The notes under the pieces: model-generated
What the model saw: the letters and a program-made list of their open reading frames with translations, nothing else
Database searches by the model: none
Told to the model about the DNA's origin: nothing
Program-made: the position numbers and the translations under genes
Part shown: positions 49,040 to 52,555 of the stretch, in pieces
Layout of the letters: every line of letters starts with the position of its first letter
Position numbering within the stretch: the stretch's first letter is position 1
Assembly: GCA_007131235.1 (NCBI GenBank)
Contig: SLQY01000098.1
Span: 1-52,555, forward strand
Reading direction: 5' to 3'
DNA length: 52,555 nucleotides
Source: Wenzhouxiangella sp.
GTDB lineage: Bacteria > Pseudomonadota > Gammaproteobacteria > Xanthomonadales > Wenzhouxiangellaceae

Positions 49040-51370
49040 TTACTTTTGCTTTGCGCGGGAAAATGCATCGGCCAGGGTGCCCGCTGCCGATGGCTGCTCG
49101 GCTTTCCGGCTGGCTGGCTTGCGCTGGCGGCGGTCCGGGCCCGGACTGCGCTTGCTGGCCGCCAGGACGTCGGCATCGGGCAGCGGATCATCGAGGCGAA
49201 GACTGAGCGCGATACGCTGACGCTTCAGATCTACATCCATCACCTTGACCTTGACCACGTCGCCGGCCTTGACCACGCTGCGCGGGTCCTTGATGAACTT
49301 GCTGCTCATCGCGCTGATATGCACCAGTCCATCCTGGTGGACACCGATATCGACAAAGGCGCCGAACGCCGCGACGTTGCTGACCGTCCCCTCCATGATC
49401 ATGCCCGGCACCAGGTCCGCCAGTTTCTCTACCCCGTCGCTGAACCTGGCGGTGCGAAACTCCGGCCTTGGATCGCGACCCGGCTTTTCCAGCTCGGCCA
49501 GGATGTCGCGCACCGTGGGCAGCCCGAAGCGCTGATCTGTAAATTCGGCCGCGTTCAGCGCGCGCAGGCTCGCCCCGTCGCCAATGACCTGGTCGACGGG
49601 CCGACCAAGGCGGGCGCTGATGCGTTTGACTACCGGGTAGGCTTCCGGATGGACGGCCGAGGCATCGAGCGGGTTGTCGCCGGCGGCAATGCGCAGGAAA
49701 CCGGCCGCCTGCTCGAAGGTCTTGTCGCCGAGGCGAGGCACCTTGAGCAAATCCTGCCGGCGTCGAAAGGCACCGTGCTGATCACGATGAGCGACGATAT
49801 TTTCGGCCACCGTCGCTGACAGGCCCGCCACCCGGGCCAGCAGCGCGGCTGATGCCGTGTTGACCTCAACCCCAACGGCATTGACACAGTCTTCGACACG
49901 GTCATCCAGGGCCCGCGCCAGTCGCTTCTGATCCAGGTCGTGCTGGTACTGACCGACACCGATGGCCCTGGGCTCAATCTTGACCAGCTCGGCGAGCGGA
50001 TCCTGCAAGCGCCGCGCTATCGAAACCGCGCCGCGCAGGCTGACATCAAGCTCGGGAAACTCGCGCGCCGCCAGCTCGGATGCCGAATACACCGAGGCAC
50101 CGGCCTCGCTGACCACCACCTTCTGCACGCCGGTCAGCTTCAAGGTCTTGACCAGCTCGCCAATCAACTGATCGGTCTCGCGCGATGCCGTGCCATTCCC
50201 AATGGCGACCAACTCGACCCGATGGCGCTGACACATCTGCCCAAGCAGGGTCATGGCTTCTGTGCGCTTGTTGTGAGGCGGCAGCGGGTAGACCGTGGCA
50301 ACCTCGAGCAGCTTGCCTGTGGCATCAACCACCGCCACCTTGGTGCCGGTGCGCAGGCCCGGGTCCAGGCCCATCACCGAGCGGGCACCGGCAGGTGCGG
50401 CCAGCAGCAGGTCGCCAAGGTTATCGCCGAAAACGCGAATGGCCTCGGTCTCGGCCCGCTCACGGGCACCAACAAACAACTCGGACTGCAGATTCAACAG
50501 CAATCGCGTCTTCCAGGCCAGGCGTGCACCATCCATCAACCAGCGATCAGCTGCTCGACCGCGCTCGGTAATCCCCAGGCTGGCGGCGACCCGGGCAACG
50601 GCCTCGGCATGACCCTGTTCAGGGTCGGTGCCCGGCTCCAGCACCAAGCTCAGAACGCCCTCCTTGCGGGCTCGCAGCAGCGCCAGCATGCGATGGGAAG
50701 GAATCCGGGCCAGCACCTCGACGTGATCGAAGTAGTCGCGAAACTTCGCCCCCTCGTCCGCTTTGCCGCTGACCACTTCGGCACGAATCCTGCCAACCTT
50801 TCCCAGCCAGTCGCGCAGGCTCCCGACCAGGTCGGCCTGTTCGCTGGCCCGTTCGATCATGATCTGGCGAGCCCCGTCCAGCGCGGCCTGCGGATCGGCA
50901 ACTCCGCGCGCTGCGTCCACGTAGCCCGCGGCCAATCGTTCAGGCTCCCGACCGGGGTCGGCCAGCAGCCCATCAAGCAGCGGTTCCAGCCCGGCTTCGC
51001 GCGCAATCTGGGCGCGCGTGCGACGCTTTGGCTTGAACGGCAAATAAAGGTCCTCAAGCCTGGCCTTGGTATCCGCCGCCTCGATGTCCTTTTTCAGCCG
51101 CCCATCAAGCTTGCCCTGCTCGGCGATACTGGCCAGCACCACGGCGCGTCGATCTTCCAGTTCGCGCAGGTATCCCAGACGAACCTGCAGCTCACGCAGC
51201 TGCCCGTCATCCAGCCCACCGGTCACCTCCTTGCGGTAGCGCGCAATGAACGGCACCGTCGCCCCCTCGTCAAGCAGGCCAACGGCCGCGGCGACCTGTG
51301 CCAGCCGGGCCCCGATTTCATCGGCAATTCGCGCGAAAATCCTGTCCTTGACCGCCGTCGATACAGACAT
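49040..51370 (-). CDS. tex: Tex-family RNA-binding transcription accessory protein
   Basis: GATVPFIARYRKE, GLDPGLRTG, EAGASVYSAS, ARRLQDPLAELVKI, C-terminal S1 domain FGAFVDIGVHQDGLVHIS. Confidence 0.95.
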   Translation of the reverse strand: MSVSTAVKDRIFARIADEIGARLAQVAAAVGLLDEGATVPFIARYRKEVTGGLDDGQLRELQVRLGYLRELEDRRAVVLASIAEQGKLDGRLKKDIEAADTKARLEDLYLPFKPKRRTRAQIAREAGLEPLLDGLLADPGREPERLAAGYVDAARGVADPQAALDGARQIMIERASEQADLVGSLRDWLGKVGRIRAEVVSGKADEGAKFRDYFDHVEVLARIPSHRMLALLRARKEGVLSLVLEPGTDPEQGHAEAVARVAASLGITERGRAADRWLMDGARLAWKTRLLLNLQSELFVGARERAETEAIRVFGDNLGDLLLAAPAGARSVMGLDPGLRTGTKVAVVDATGKLLEVATVYPLPPHNKRTEAMTLLGQMCQRHRVELVAIGNGTASRETDQLIGELVKTLKLTGVQKVVVSEAGASVYSASELAAREFPELDVSLRGAVSIARRLQDPLAELVKIEPRAIGVGQYQHDLDQKRLARALDDRVEDCVNAVGVEVNTASAALLARVAGLSATVAENIVAHRDQHGAFRRRQDLLKVPRLGDKTFEQAAGFLRIAAGDNPLDASAVHPEAYPVVKRISARLGRPVDQVIGDGASLRALNAAEFTDQRFGLPTVRDILAELEKPGRDPRPEFRTARFSDGVEKLADLVPGMIMEGTVSNVAAFGAFVDIGVHQDGLVHISAMSSKFIKDPRSVVKAGDVVKVKVMDVDLKRQRIALSLRLDDPLPDADVLAASKRSPGPDRRQRKPASRKAEQPSAAGTLADAFSRAKQK

Positions 51371-51528
51371 TCAATCTCCAAGCTCTGATATTGGGAAGCC
51401 CGGGATTATCGCTCAAAGCCGACAGCCGCCGGGCAAGCCCTGCCCGATCCGTTCAGACCGCCAGTCCGATCGCGCTTGAGGTGTTGTTGCGCTTGCATCT
51501 TCGACCACAGGCCACCACTTGCTGAGCA

Positions 51529-52555
51529 ATGCACAGCGCTTCTGCATCCCAGCCCTCCCCAGGCCTGCTCGCACAGTTCCTGCCACTGGTGACCTATGGT
51601 CGACGGGCGCTGGCCCTGGTCTGGGCGACCAGCCGATTGCTGACGTTTACCCTGGCGGCCCTGACCGTGATTGCCGGTCTGCTGCCAGCCGCCATTGCCT
51701 GGGTTGGCAAGGAACTGGTCGACAGCGTGGTGCAGGCCATGAGCCAAGGTGAGATGAGCCGGGCGATCTGGTTCTGGCTGTCACTGGAAGCGCTGCTGGT
51801 GGCCACCATGGCCGCTACCCAGACCGCGCTCAACATCGCCAACAACCTGCTGCGCGCCCAGCTTGGCCAACGGGTCAACGTGATGATCCTGGAGAAAGCC
51901 CAGACCCTGGAGCTTGCCCAGCTCGAAGACTCCGAATTCTACGACCGCCTTACCCGCGCCCGACGCGAGGCCTCGTCGCGCCCCCTGGCCCTGGTCCAGA
52001 AGACCTTCGGTGTCATTCAGAACGGCATTGCCATCCTCAGTTTCAGCGGTCTGCTGCTGGCCTTTTCACCGTGGGCGGTGCTGTTGCTGGTAGCCGGCGG
52101 CCTGCCGGCCTTTTTCGTCGAGGCAAAATTTGCCGGCCAGGCTTTCCAGCTGTTTCGCTGGCGCTCGCCGGAAACACGCGAAATGATGTACCTGGAATCG
52201 GTTCTGGCGCGCGAGGACTACACCAAGGAAGTCAAGCTCTACGATCTTGCCCCCACGCTGCTTCAGCGCTACCGGGACATTTTTGCCAAGCTGTTTCGCG
52301 AAGATCGTGCGCTGACCATCCGCCGCGGCTGGTGGGCCTTCGGCCTGGGGCTGCTCGGCACTGCGGCACTTTACGGCGCATTTGCCTGGGTAGTGATCGC
52401 CACCGTGCTCGGCCAGCTGTCGCTGGGCGAAATGACCATGTACATGATGGTCTTCCGCCAGGGCCAGTCCGCGGTCAGCGCCAGCTTGAGCTCGATCAAT
52501 GGCATGTACGAAGACCACCTCTACCTGTCCAGCCTGTATGAATTTCTCGAGCAAC
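51529..52555 (+). CDS. ABC exporter fused permease/ATP-binding protein, N-terminal membrane part (runs off window)
   Basis: Not in the ORF track. From ATG 51529 the frame reads RRALALVW..LTVIAGLLPAAIAWVGKELVD..EDSEFYDRLTRAR..KEVKLY..LSLGEMTMY. The ATPase domain lies beyond the edge, so that part is inferred. Confidence 0.8.
   Translation, partial: MHSASASQPSPGLLAQFLPLVTYGRRALALVWATSRLLTFTLAALTVIAGLLPAAIAWVGKELVDSVVQAMSQGEMSRAIWFWLSLEALLVATMAATQTALNIANNLLRAQLGQRVNVMILEKAQTLELAQLEDSEFYDRLTRARREASSRPLALVQKTFGVIQNGIAILSFSGLLLAFSPWAVLLLVAGGLPAFFVEAKFAGQAFQLFRWRSPETREMMYLESVLAREDYTKEVKLYDLAPTLLQRYRDIFAKLFREDRALTIRRGWWAFGLGLLGTAALYGAFAWVVIATVLGQLSLGEMTMYMMVFRQGQSAVSASLSSINGMYEDHLYLSSLYEFLEQ

Overview
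GC-rich gammaproteobacterial chromosomal segment made almost entirely of core genes. The gene order resembles Xanthomonadales/Wenzhouxiangella-type genomes, but the taxonomy is inference. From left to right: a partial ExeA/GspA ATPase; putA; DUF2244 plus a caa3-type cytochrome c oxidase operon (coxB-coxA-small ORF-ctaG-coxC); a coupled three-gene unit (glutamate-cysteine-ligase-like/CBS fusion, NTF2-like lipoprotein, shortened Lhr helicase); fadD; dinB; a class V PLP enzyme; the yceD-rpmF-plsX-fabHDG-acpP-fabF-pabBC-mltG-tmk-holB-pilZ cluster; maf; fadJ/fadI-like beta-oxidation genes; folD coupled to a TPAT-type TRAP transporter; a glutathione peroxidase; ndk-rlmN-pilW-rodZ-hisS-yfgM-bamB-der-moeB (no ispG); tex; and a partial ABC exporter. 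I saw no rRNA, tRNA, CRISPR array, transposase or prophage. The best leads are (1) a ~290-nt run of about nine consecutive hairpins in front of coxB, with a possible alternative helix next to the ribosome-binding site, (2) the GCS2-CBS/lipoprotein/Lhr operon, and (3) the folD-TPAT operon facing the beta-oxidation genes. All product calls come from motif recognition by eye, not database searches.
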